DNA of 64,000 nt from a virus, in the IMG/VR virus record IMGVR_UViG_3300044904_000056, positions 40,041 to 104,040 of that record. One strand, written 5' to 3'. Shown here in pieces: positions 17,964 through 26,687 of this stretch. The translations under genes were made by a program, and so were the position numbers. Under the pieces are notes generated by a model, which worked only from the letters and a program-made list of their open reading frames with translations, did not search any database and was not told the DNA's origin. Numbering within the stretch: position 1 is the first letter of the stretch; every line of letters begins with the position of its first letter.

Positions 17964-17976
17964 TTTTCAATGAGCA
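17964..17976 (-). promoter_or_regulatory. boxA-like antitermination element
   Basis: TGCTCATTGAAAA just downstream of an AGCTAG/CTAGCT hairpin and a putative promoter. Confidence 0.45.
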
Positions 17977-18009
17977 AAAGCTAGCGTCTAAACTCTAGCT
18001 TACAGGAAT

Positions 18010-18038
18010 ATCTTCCCCTTTTTAGAGGTAGAAGTAAA
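18010..18038 (-). promoter_or_regulatory. Putative sigma70-like early promoter
   Basis: TTTACT-N17-GAAGAT; same -35 hexamer as the sigma-gene promoter, weak -10. Confidence 0.45.
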
Positions 18039-18088
18039 GCACTATTTTCCAGTACTTTCGTTTGAGTTACCCCCTAAAAAGCCTGGGA

Positions 18089-18802
18089 TTATGCAGAATT
18101 TCTGTTGGCGTTCCAACAAAAAATAAACCTGTCAAAGTGAGGGTTGAATTTACCCCCCGCTGCCCCCCGGTCAAATTCTGGTGGGTAAAAAACGTTGTTA
18201 AAGCATCTTTTTAGGTATTCAAGCCTACGCATTACATTCTTCACTCCTGCTTTCTTCTCTCTGGAAAAATGGTATTCCATCACGAGTTTGTTACAACATG
18301 GAATCAATTCGTCATCCAACAACCCAAACTCGCTCCCTTCAACATCCATCTTCACCCCATCGAATATTCTCCCTGCAAAGAAATTTGCGTGTAAATTCGG
18401 AAGCCTCCCAGAAGGGTGTTCAGGCAAATTCCCTTTCACAATTGTTGCCCTGCTGAAATCTGTTTCTCTCCTCCCTTTGTAAAATTGTAGGGAGGATTTA
18501 TGGAGATTCGTTATAGCAAATCTACGACAGCAAAATTCAGGAATATTCAAACGGAGGAGTCGAAAGCATTTTGGGTCAGGTTCATAGCATTCAGCCTTTG
18601 CTCCAAGAGAACGACAATATAATGCAAACGCTCCGATGTTTGCACCCAAATCTAACCATAATTCACCCTCCTCAACATCAAAGCCAAGTCCCACTCTCCG
18701 GTAGCACCTCTTCACTAGACACTCATTTAGAACACTCTCATCACTTGTCCCTGGACGAAAATACGCCTCCTCTAAACCAAATTTTCTCTTCTCAATTTTC
18801 AT
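18089..18802 (-). CDS. FkbM-family methyltransferase
   Basis: LDLGANIGAF, YEP, VKMDVEGSE, VMEYH. Confidence 0.9.
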   Translation of the reverse strand: MKIEKRKFGLEEAYFRPGTSDESVLNECLVKRCYRRVGLGFDVEEGELWLDLGANIGAFALYCRSLGAKAECYEPDPKCFRLLRLNIPEFCCRRFAITNLHKSSLQFYKGRRETDFSRATIVKGNLPEHPSGRLPNLHANFFAGRIFDGVKMDVEGSEFGLLDDELIPCCNKLVMEYHFSREKKAGVKNVMRRLEYLKRCFNNVFYPPEFDRGAAGGKFNPHFDRFIFCWNANRNSA

Positions 18803-19096
18803 TCAACTTCCCCACTTCTGGAGGAGCTTTCGTATTCTCACTCCCTGAGGACCTAGAAAATAAGGCTCTAGGCATTCCAAGAATTCCTTTGCATTTTGGC
18901 CATAGAGGCGTACTCTTTCTCGGCAACTTTCTCCTTTTCCAGTTTTACGGTAGCCCCCTCCAAAATAAGTATGCACTAGTTTTGGAAAAAAGGGTTTCAT
19001 ATTCAATTCCACAAATCCTTTTCGGACGAATGCGCGCGACAGAACTACTCCTGCAAGAAGTGTTCTCAATTCCAAAGTCATCTTCTCTCTCATCAT
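18803..19096 (-). CDS. Degenerate LAGLIDADG-like protein
   Basis: LLAGVVLSRAF...YFGG...AKEFLECLEPY; catalytic acidic residue absent. Confidence 0.45.
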   Translation of the reverse strand: MMREKMTLELRTLLAGVVLSRAFVRKGFVELNMKPFFPKLVHTYFGGGYRKTGKGESCRERVRLYGQNAKEFLECLEPYFLGPQGVRIRKLLQKWGS

Positions 19097-20034
19097 CTCC
19101 AGTCTCCATAAAGGAATTCCGCTTCATTCTTGTTCTTCTGGAACGTCTTCGCCTTTTCGATTATGTCCCAGGACTTTTCGCGCCCAACGGAATTGACATC
19201 CTCACCTTCCGGAAATTGAGCGATTTTAACAGCCGGGACTGCTCCTTCAAAAGCCTTCGCAATCTGGACCGCTACGTGTTTGGTATTATCCTTTTCCTGA
19301 GGGCCATCGAGCGCAACAATCAGTTCTCGCAGCCATTTCTGGTATTGCAAGATATAATCCTTCTGAATCTCAGAAATCGTCTTGCCAAAAATCCCTAACA
19401 CCAAATCTCTCCGGCTCGACAAGGAAGTAATTGTCATCACATTGATGATAGACTCTACCAATACAATCCTTCTCGGCTTTGCTGCGGTTCCAAGCTGGTA
19501 GAGTAGCTCAGTCTTTTTCGTAGAGGTTGGATTGCGGAATTTTGGTTCTCTGTTCTTGTATCTCCTTGCCTGAAAATACTGGACACTGCCCTCTTCATCC
19601 AGAACTGGAAATATGAAATACCCCCAGTACTTTCCTTTCTGGCAATAGCCAACTTGAGCAGCCTGGATGATTTTCCGATGCAGGCCACGATTCTGCAAAT
19701 AGATGTACAGGTCATCACTTAGGCGGTCAGGCAGCTCATCTAGGATTTCAAACTCATCAGGAAGAGATACATCACCAACCGGGGTGCGTTTCAGATTCTC
19801 GGGAATGCGGTAGGGAATTCCTTGTTTAGAGAAGAATGCCTGAAGCCTACGCTCCGTTACTCCACCTTTTTCATAGTACCAAATACAGCCTGAGTGGAAA
19901 CAGCAGCCCACCCGCTTCTCTTCGTTGAAGGCAAAACGTCTAGTGGTATCATCACAGGCCGGACAGTCTGCTACGAAACCTTCCGAGGTGTCGCGAAGAT
20001 TCTGAAAATGCCCTCGCAGAGTATCGTCGCTCAT
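19093..20034 (-). CDS. DNA primase (zinc finger + TOPRIM)
   Basis: CPAC...CFHSGC, YLQNRG, FIFPV, FQAR, LVESI, VALD, EDVN. Confidence 0.9.
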   Translation of the reverse strand: MSDDTLRGHFQNLRDTSEGFVADCPACDDTTRRFAFNEEKRVGCCFHSGCIWYYEKGGVTERRLQAFFSKQGIPYRIPENLKRTPVGDVSLPDEFEILDELPDRLSDDLYIYLQNRGLHRKIIQAAQVGYCQKGKYWGYFIFPVLDEEGSVQYFQARRYKNREPKFRNPTSTKKTELLYQLGTAAKPRRIVLVESIINVMTITSLSSRRDLVLGIFGKTISEIQKDYILQYQKWLRELIVALDGPQEKDNTKHVAVQIAKAFEGAVPAVKIAQFPEGEDVNSVGREKSWDIIEKAKTFQKNKNEAEFLYGDWR

Positions 20035-21395
20035 CTCTTCCTTGCCTTCTTCCAATTGTCCTCAGGCTGATGCTCACTCTCGTTGACGGTGAACCGGTCA
20101 CGGTCCAATTCTACATTTACCACCCCGCCCATCCCAACATCTCTCGCATACATCAGATAGACTCTCGCCTGCTCCGGCTTCTGCTCGGCTTCCTCTTCTG
20201 TTTGACAAAAAGCTACTAGGAAGTCAAGAGTGAAAAGTTGAGAGATATCCTCGGCTATATCCTCTGCTGACAGCCGTTTCTTTTTCAGACCTGCCCGATT
20301 CGTCTGAGTTGCTGTCCAAACAGGAATATCCCGCTCCGTCGCAATTCCCCGGAGGTCAAGAGCTACTTGGCCTACAGATAGGCGCTGCTCATCAAATTTC
20401 TGAGTGGGCCGAAAGACACGGATGTAATCCACGAATAAAACATCAATCTTGTACCCAAATTCGGCTTCTACATCATCCAGCCAAAGGGAGATATCTTCAG
20501 CCGTCCCTTTTCCTGAAGGCCACTGCTGTATGTGAAGGCCCCCTTTCATCTGCTTATGGGACACCTTGAGCCGCCTTCTTGCTTTCTTCAAAACCTTATT
20601 CAGCTTAGACCCTGCTTCTGTTGAAAGACTTGCCTTTGTCAATTCACTTGCCGGAATTTGCGTAATCATCGAGTCGATGCGTTTCCGGTATTTCTCTTTC
20701 GAGAGTTCCCCTGTTGCAATCGCTACATTTTTCCCTTTCCAGAGTGCCCCAACTGCAAATCTTGCTAGTAGTGTGCTCTTACCAGCTTTGCTCCCTGCCA
20801 ATATGATTGCAAGCTCCCCCCCACCAGGCCCCCCTCCCATTCTCCTGTCAAGCCGGGGAAGAAAGTGTGTCCCAACGACATTCCTCCTGTCTTCAGCCCA
20901 GCGATGCCTACTCATAGTGTCTCCCCAGTAATCCACCCCAAGATTTTTTGTTGAGTGAAGATTTTCAAGGGCCTTCATCCTTCGGAGAACTTTGTCAAAA
21001 TCTCCCGCGTTGATATCCCGCTCTGAGTCAACCAGTGCCTTCCGGTATTTCTGATCCTTGGCAAAACGAGTAGCTTTGCTACGGACAACAAATATGTCAT
21101 CCAGCTTTTCTTCGAACGCACCACGTATCACCCGTTTGTACAGCGGCCATACATCCCGCCTGCGTTTCCCAAGATAGTCCTTCACCAGCACGGACAGGGA
21201 AGCCTTGGAAATTGTAATCAGCCCCCGCTCCTGCCTCTCAACCACTTCCTCTTTCATCAGACGGCAGATATCTACGAAGATTGGGTTGGTGAAGTAGGAC
21301 GGCTCAACTACCGGATGCGCTGCCCTCGGCTCCCTGATGTACCACGCCAACAACAATTTCTGAAAACTTTCACCCCAAGGATACTCATCAGCCAC
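20031..21395 (-). CDS. DnaB-like replicative helicase
   Basis: AGSKAGKST, FVDYI, VWTATQTNR, IAED. Confidence 0.9.
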   Translation of the reverse strand: MADEYPWGESFQKLLLAWYIREPRAAHPVVEPSYFTNPIFVDICRLMKEEVVERQERGLITISKASLSVLVKDYLGKRRRDVWPLYKRVIRGAFEEKLDDIFVVRSKATRFAKDQKYRKALVDSERDINAGDFDKVLRRMKALENLHSTKNLGVDYWGDTMSRHRWAEDRRNVVGTHFLPRLDRRMGGGPGGGELAIILAGSKAGKSTLLARFAVGALWKGKNVAIATGELSKEKYRKRIDSMITQIPASELTKASLSTEAGSKLNKVLKKARRRLKVSHKQMKGGLHIQQWPSGKGTAEDISLWLDDVEAEFGYKIDVLFVDYIRVFRPTQKFDEQRLSVGQVALDLRGIATERDIPVWTATQTNRAGLKKKRLSAEDIAEDISQLFTLDFLVAFCQTEEEAEQKPEQARVYLMYARDVGMGGVVNVELDRDRFTVNESEHQPEDNWKKARKR

Positions 21396-21415
21396 TGGCT
21401 ATTGTCTCCTGTTAG

Positions 21416-21424
21416 ATAGAACGC
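21416..21424 (-). promoter_or_regulatory. GCGTTCTAT motif
   Basis: 21 nt upstream of the helicase start. Confidence 0.6.
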
Positions 21425-21434
21425 GGAGTTGGCG

Positions 21435-22109
21435 CTATCGTTCCAACTCAGATTTGATACCCCGAATCACGCTGTGCCGGAGCCTCGAATTTTTCCTAAG
21501 CTCCCACAAGGCCCTCCGCACGTGTCTCCACTCCCTACTACTGTACAAATAGCCTGCAATGAATAGGGGGCTCAAATCCTTGAAGATTGCGAGGAAGACT
21601 TGGCTTGATGGAACCCCAAGCTGCCTTTTGGCTTCCATAAATATCCTCGTGGAAGATTTCGCACTAGCATAGGCATCCTCCTCTGTCCATACATTGAGAT
21701 ACCGCTTCCAGTCCTCCTCCAGCTTGTACAACTGCCTGTCTTTCTTAACCAACCAGGTGTAGATTTCCAGAGCCTTATCGCTCGCCAGAAATGCCGGATG
21801 GGGCATGGTCCTCGAATTCTTGTAGTGGCCATACCGACAAAGCACCTTCACATACAGGCTTGGGTCTAGCTTCTTTTCAACCAGCTTCGGAGCAAGAAGC
21901 ATAAATGCTCGCATTGCTCTCCAGCCTACCTTCGTCCTGTAGATATCCCAATCCCAAGTCCGCTTGTTCTTGTACGACCTGCTACGTTTGCTAACATCCT
22001 TCGATTTCGCAATCTTGTTGTACGTCAGCCTCAGAATCCCCATCACCAGCTTTTCACTTCCTGTCAATTTCCATCTCGGGAATCTCTGTGAAGTCCTTGC
22101 CATTCGCAC
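21435..22109 (-). CDS. Hypothetical basic protein (possible initiator or helicase loader)
   Basis: Position between the repeat-rich gap and the helicase; function inferred from context only. Confidence 0.6.
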   Translation of the reverse strand: MRMARTSQRFPRWKLTGSEKLVMGILRLTYNKIAKSKDVSKRSRSYKNKRTWDWDIYRTKVGWRAMRAFMLLAPKLVEKKLDPSLYVKVLCRYGHYKNSRTMPHPAFLASDKALEIYTWLVKKDRQLYKLEEDWKRYLNVWTEEDAYASAKSSTRIFMEAKRQLGVPSSQVFLAIFKDLSPLFIAGYLYSSREWRHVRRALWELRKNSRLRHSVIRGIKSELER

Positions 22110-22390
22110 CTCTAGGATAAAAATAAATTTTTACTGCTAAAACAGGTATCAAACTAGTATCAAACCCCTACAAAACAGGTAAAGCCAATCGAGAGAAACC
22201 TACCCTAGCCATATCAAATCCCCTTCAAACCCCCTTCAAGCCCTTTCAAACCCCTCCAACTCTAGGTATTTTCCTGCCTATATAGCCGATATCGGCGTAA
22301 CAGCTACTATAGCGAATAGTAGCGTATATATCAAATAGTAGAGAATAGCAGCGAGCGTAGCGAGCTGCCTTCACACTGGCACTGTTGGAA
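22110..22390. other. Candidate replication origin
   Basis: Non-coding; AT-rich edge; repeated TATCAAA and (C)nTTCAA units; AAAACAGGTA x2; TAGCG/GCGAGC repeats. Confidence 0.5.
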
Positions 22391-22401
22391 TTTTCCTACC
22401 T

Positions 22402-22710
22402 TCACTCTTTCGCAATTCTCAACCCAGCAAGATTGATGCGCTGCTGTTCCTTATCATCGAGCATATTGAAGTCACTTTCAAGCCTTCTCACCTCCCGGAA
22501 CATAGGAGCAATCCTTCTAATCATCTCTAGCTCGTGCAATTCACCAATGATGGTATTGGCTATATGGTTGATGACCTCCCCCTCATTCAACAGGATTGTC
22601 TGCTTTGTTTCCAAATTAGCAGTGATGAAATTTGCTTCCTTACACTCATCAAAGCACCTTTCTATCAGACTCTGAAGCTCATAGCTAGTCACTACAGTCT
22701 TTGTTGTCAC
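22402..22710 (-). CDS. Hypothetical protein
   Basis: Coupled to the helicase gene, GGAGG RBS. Confidence 0.55.
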   Translation of the reverse strand: MTTKTVVTSYELQSLIERCFDECKEANFITANLETKQTILLNEGEVINHIANTIIGELHELEMIRRIAPMFREVRRLESDFNMLDDKEQQRINLAGLRIAKE

Positions 22711-24188
22711 TTTTCCCTCCTGATGATTTTGATGTCTGCCATATCTTCCCTTTCATAGAGTTTCAGCCTCTTCACTGAATGCCGGAAGAGATATTTGTTG
22801 CCTTTGTCGATGAAATCAGTCACAAAAATTTTGTTAGGCCCCTTCTGCTTTGCCCTCAAGGTCCTCCCAAGCCTCTGGAGCACCAGCTCCATACCCTGAC
22901 CCCCTGCACAGTTCACCCATGCGGAGATTTCAGGAACATCCATCCCCACGCTGAAAACGTCACTCACTACTAGAATAGGAACGCGGCCCCGCTTAAAATC
23001 GTTGATCATCCTTTCCCGTACAGGCAGAGGTGTTCTCCCGGAAAGGAACTCTGACTTCAAATCTGTTGCCTGTTCTAGCTTATGGAGGAGCTTCAGCCCG
23101 TGTTTGATACGGACTACTGTAACTAGCACTTTCAAGTCCTTTTCAAGATAGCGGAGGACCTCTTTCACTGCTGTTCTGTTGCGCTTGCTGTTCCTAACTA
23201 TCCCTTTCTGGTAGGATTCTGGATAGGTTGAATACTCCTCGCAAGGAACTTCGATGAACCGGATGTAAGGCTTTGCTGAACGGCCTTTCTCAACTAGCTC
23301 CTTGTTCCGAATTTCTGCTAGGACAGGCCCTGTCAGCCCAGTGTAGTGCATCATCTTGACTTTGCTCTTCTCATCGATGGTTCCTGAAAGCCCAAAACGC
23401 ATCGGAGCTTGGCAAAATTTCGTGATGCGGACAGCAGTAGCAGCCTTATTCAGATGGAATTCGTCAAAGAACAGGATGTTGCACTTCTCAAGGAATCTCT
23501 TGAACTTCCATACGTGAAGGACATTGTTAGCCGTCTGAACTGTTGCAACAATAATCCCCTTGCTAGGAATCCGCTTCCTGCCTGCCCCTAGCATTGTGAC
23601 AGGAATATCAAGGTGCTTCCGGAACCTCTCTGCCGTCTGCTTTACAAGGCTTGCCCGGTGAATAATTAGCAGAACTCTCGGGGCCTTCTTCAACTGCCTA
23701 TGGTACTCTGCTATGATAGCGCAAGCCATCTCTGTCTTACCTGCGTTGGTAGCGCAGTGCAGAATCCCCCTACCGTTGAAGAGAGCCTGCCGGACAGCAG
23801 ACAGTTGTTCCTCCCGGACTTCAACTTCATCCTGGAAATCGAACTTCTTGAAAGTCAGATCAAACTTTGGGAGAGGCTTCCGCAGGTCGTGGATTTCAAG
23901 TTTCCCCTTATAGTGCTTCTTGACGTACTCGACTAGGCCTGATGCGAAGGTCCCTGACCTTTTATCATAAAACCGGATGTACTTGGCCTTGTTTTGAATC
24001 TCCTCAATTCTCTTCTTTCGCTCCCTCTTGTCAGGGATGCTACTGAACCAGGCGAGCCTCTTGAGAAGCTGAAAAGCACGCCATTCACCAGACTTATCTA
24101 GCACCCGCAAGATATGGTAGAGCTTCCTGCGTTCGTGCTTATCCCCACTGTATGACGTGCGGGCCTCGCGGATAGTCAGTTCAATCAC
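22707..24188 (-). CDS. Superfamily 2 DEAD/DEAH helicase (UvsW-like)
   Basis: ATNAGKT, DEFH, GLSGT, GMDVP, QRLGRTLR. Confidence 0.92.
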   Translation of the reverse strand: MIELTIREARTSYSGDKHERRKLYHILRVLDKSGEWRAFQLLKRLAWFSSIPDKRERKKRIEEIQNKAKYIRFYDKRSGTFASGLVEYVKKHYKGKLEIHDLRKPLPKFDLTFKKFDFQDEVEVREEQLSAVRQALFNGRGILHCATNAGKTEMACAIIAEYHRQLKKAPRVLLIIHRASLVKQTAERFRKHLDIPVTMLGAGRKRIPSKGIIVATVQTANNVLHVWKFKRFLEKCNILFFDEFHLNKAATAVRITKFCQAPMRFGLSGTIDEKSKVKMMHYTGLTGPVLAEIRNKELVEKGRSAKPYIRFIEVPCEEYSTYPESYQKGIVRNSKRNRTAVKEVLRYLEKDLKVLVTVVRIKHGLKLLHKLEQATDLKSEFLSGRTPLPVRERMINDFKRGRVPILVVSDVFSVGMDVPEISAWVNCAGGQGMELVLQRLGRTLRAKQKGPNKIFVTDFIDKGNKYLFRHSVKRLKLYEREDMADIKIIRREK

Positions 24189-24693
24189 GGGGTATCTCAG
24201 AGTATTTGCCCTTAATCCTCGGAAACCACTTTGACCGGGGGAATCTTACGTGGCCGTGCAGGAATAGGTCAAGCTGCCTTTTCCATATCTCTTGCTCCTT
24301 CAGCCTTTTCTCTTGCAGACCTTCTATGTAGTCCTTCCGGAGAAACCCGCAGGAGCAGTCTGGAATCCTCTGATATTCATAGCCTTTCCCATAGCCATAG
24401 TACACATCTCCAATTCTAAGCCTTGAAGCCCGCCAATGAAGGTATATCCGCTTGATAAGTCTCTTCCGGGAGCCTTTGCTCTTCAAAGCGTGTTTCTCGC
24501 ATAGTTCCCGGAGACGTTCTGTTGTCTGCCTCATAGCCCAACTTGGGAGATAATCACCAGGATTCCAAGAACCATGTTTGTGCCGGTCGTACTTTGGTGC
24601 AGGATATTTCTTCCGAAGTTTGATAAACCATCGCACCATCTCCAGTTCATTCTCATCATCAATTCTTGGGAACCTGGGTTTATTCACTATCAC
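24181..24693 (-). CDS. SAP-like-domain protein
   Basis: TTERLRELCEKHALKSKGSRKRLIKRI resembles a SAP motif; two RFPR and one WFPR. Confidence 0.55.
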   Translation of the reverse strand: MIVNKPRFPRIDDENELEMVRWFIKLRKKYPAPKYDRHKHGSWNPGDYLPSWAMRQTTERLRELCEKHALKSKGSRKRLIKRIYLHWRASRLRIGDVYYGYGKGYEYQRIPDCSCGFLRKDYIEGLQEKRLKEQEIWKRQLDLFLHGHVRFPRSKWFPRIKGKYSEIPRD

Positions 24694-24715
24694 CGGGGCC
24701 TTTCCTCCTACTCAA

Positions 24716-24724
24716 ATAGAACGC
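24716..24724 (-). promoter_or_regulatory. GCGTTCTAT motif
   Basis: 23 nt upstream of start 24693, at the head of the replication module. Confidence 0.6.
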
Positions 24725-24978
24725 GGGGGTTTGGTTAGGACCAGCAACAAACTCAACTTTGGCCTACGGCGTGGTTTCCTGCCCACGTGCTTTTGGGCTG
24801 TTTTGTCAAGGACACTCATCCCAACAATGGGAAAACGTGGACGTTTCTACTCATTTGAGGCGGTTTTTGAATCCCCAAGCAGCCTTACCCTACTGGGGGT
24901 GGGGGTTGCTAGCAGCAGGCCAGCTTGAAAGTGGGTTTAACCACCAATCTGCGTGGGTGCTAATCCCAGTCTAACCGT

Positions 24979-26433
24979 TTAGGAGTCTGTATACCACCAA
25001 CAGGCATTCTCACAAGATAAATCTGCTGGGTCAAGTATCCGGAGGATTGTTGGGTCAGGCATACCCGGAGAGAATCCTGCCAGTGCAGCCCCTTTTGTGA
25101 GTGTTCCCCCGAGAGAGCCAGTCAGAAGATAGATTCTTGGCTTCCCATCAGTGTTGAGGTCAAAGTCAATAGCTGCATGTTTCTTCTTTCCAATATAGAC
25201 AGACCAGAAAGCATCAGTAAACGGAATTGATGTAGCAGCCGTTAATTCCCCATAGGGAACTCGCAAGAAGCTTGGGGAGGAACCATAACTAGTAAGTCCC
25301 ACTATCTGGCTTCTGAGGATAGGACCACTACTCCCCACCTTAGAATACAAAATTGGTCTGACATTTGGAGGACTCCCTCCTACCGGAAGCGAAGGAATCA
25401 CTGCAGCCTTCCCCGCTTTGTTTTGATTACAGATTGCAACTGTAGTAACGGCAGGACTCTGAATGTTCTCTTGCAACAAGAATGATAGATCAGTTCCCAA
25501 TATGGCAATAAGAGCATATGTAGTAATGAGGTCAGTGGAGACTCCTATAGAGTCTATTTCCGAACCAGGCCCGTCCCAGATTGTAAGAAATGGGGAGACA
25601 GTTCCTGTTGAGCCCGAGTCGGAGTCATAGCTTGCAAGAAGAGTAGGAACGGAGCCGTGCGGGGCTAGGGAGTACATCCGATAGAGTCTGTCAGAAGTGA
25701 TTGGGTCAAACTCCTGTGTAACAAAGTAGATTGCCCCAGTGTCATCAGGCCAAACACTGAGGATATCAAGAGTGTTCGGGAACTCATAGCTTGTACTTGT
25801 AATAACATTTGCAAGAGCAAGGTCTGTTATGTCAAACACCTGCAAAGCTGAATCCAGTAGTATAGTGGAGGAGAATGGAGCTGTCCCTAGGTGTACACAG
25901 CAAAAGCTGATATTTGTGAAACTAGTCTCTGTTTGTTCTACAGCACTTGCAATATATGCACCAGAAGGGGAGGGTCTCTTTGCATTCAACCCATTGATGT
26001 CGCTAGCCAGATTAACTAACACAGGGTTTGTTACATCAATTCTGTAAATCTTGCTGTCCCCAAACTGTTGGATATATAAATCCGAAAAATTGCAACCCAC
26101 TGGAGTGTTGTCGGGGAAAGTACCAAAGACTCGAATTGCTGTTTTCACTGCCCCACTGAAGAATGGTGGATGTATGATTTCCACCTTTGGTGCATTTGGC
26201 GAGATTGGAGCAGCCTTGTAAATCCCCCCGGCTGGCATTACGATGACCTGCTGACCTGGTACGCAAGGATAGAGTGTAGTTGCTGTAAGGAGCTGCCCAC
26301 CAACCATGATAGCAGCTGTCCCATCAGAATTCACTAAGCTGACTACGCCTAGACGGTTTCCACTTGAACCCCCAACAGTCTTCTGATATTCCTGGCGGAC
26401 TAGGTTGCGGATTGCACTTTTGAGGTCACTCAC
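24979..26433 (-). CDS. Putative tail tip/spike protein
   Basis: N-terminal OB-like segment similar to 26430-26681; last gene of the tail module. Confidence 0.55.
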   Translation of the reverse strand: MSDLKSAIRNLVRQEYQKTVGGSSGNRLGVVSLVNSDGTAAIMVGGQLLTATTLYPCVPGQQVIVMPAGGIYKAAPISPNAPKVEIIHPPFFSGAVKTAIRVFGTFPDNTPVGCNFSDLYIQQFGDSKIYRIDVTNPVLVNLASDINGLNAKRPSPSGAYIASAVEQTETSFTNISFCCVHLGTAPFSSTILLDSALQVFDITDLALANVITSTSYEFPNTLDILSVWPDDTGAIYFVTQEFDPITSDRLYRMYSLAPHGSVPTLLASYDSDSGSTGTVSPFLTIWDGPGSEIDSIGVSTDLITTYALIAILGTDLSFLLQENIQSPAVTTVAICNQNKAGKAAVIPSLPVGGSPPNVRPILYSKVGSSGPILRSQIVGLTSYGSSPSFLRVPYGELTAATSIPFTDAFWSVYIGKKKHAAIDFDLNTDGKPRIYLLTGSLGGTLTKGAALAGFSPGMPDPTILRILDPADLSCENACWWYTDS

Positions 26434-26681
26434 AGAGCAACCCGGATTCCCTCTTGAGAGGTTACAACGATGACCTGCTCCCCTATTGTCCGGACGATTG
26501 GAGTTCCAACACTCTGATAGGACCCACTAGGCGTCTCTACGTTCACTGTCCCATCAGCATTGACGGCAGATACGATTCCCTGAACATTGTTCTGTTGGCT
26601 TAGGGAGGACGATTGGATTGCTGCAATCTCCTGCCGGATTAAGGTCCGGATTGCTTCCTTGATAGGATGACCGTCTGGCAT
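26430..26681 (-). CDS. Small tail/baseplate protein (OB-like)
   Basis: AIRTLIRQE...GIVSAVNADGT...GEQVIV. Confidence 0.55.
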   Translation of the reverse strand: MPDGHPIKEAIRTLIRQEIAAIQSSSLSQQNNVQGIVSAVNADGTVNVETPSGSYQSVGTPIVRTIGEQVIVVTSQEGIRVAL

Positions 26682-26687
26682 ATGCCC

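Noticed and set aside
24725-24978. tRNA or small gene in the gap between tail and replication modules (one frame reads KRPRFP)
   Set aside because: No cloverleaf found; the frame is preceded by a TAG and lacks a start or RBS before the motif.
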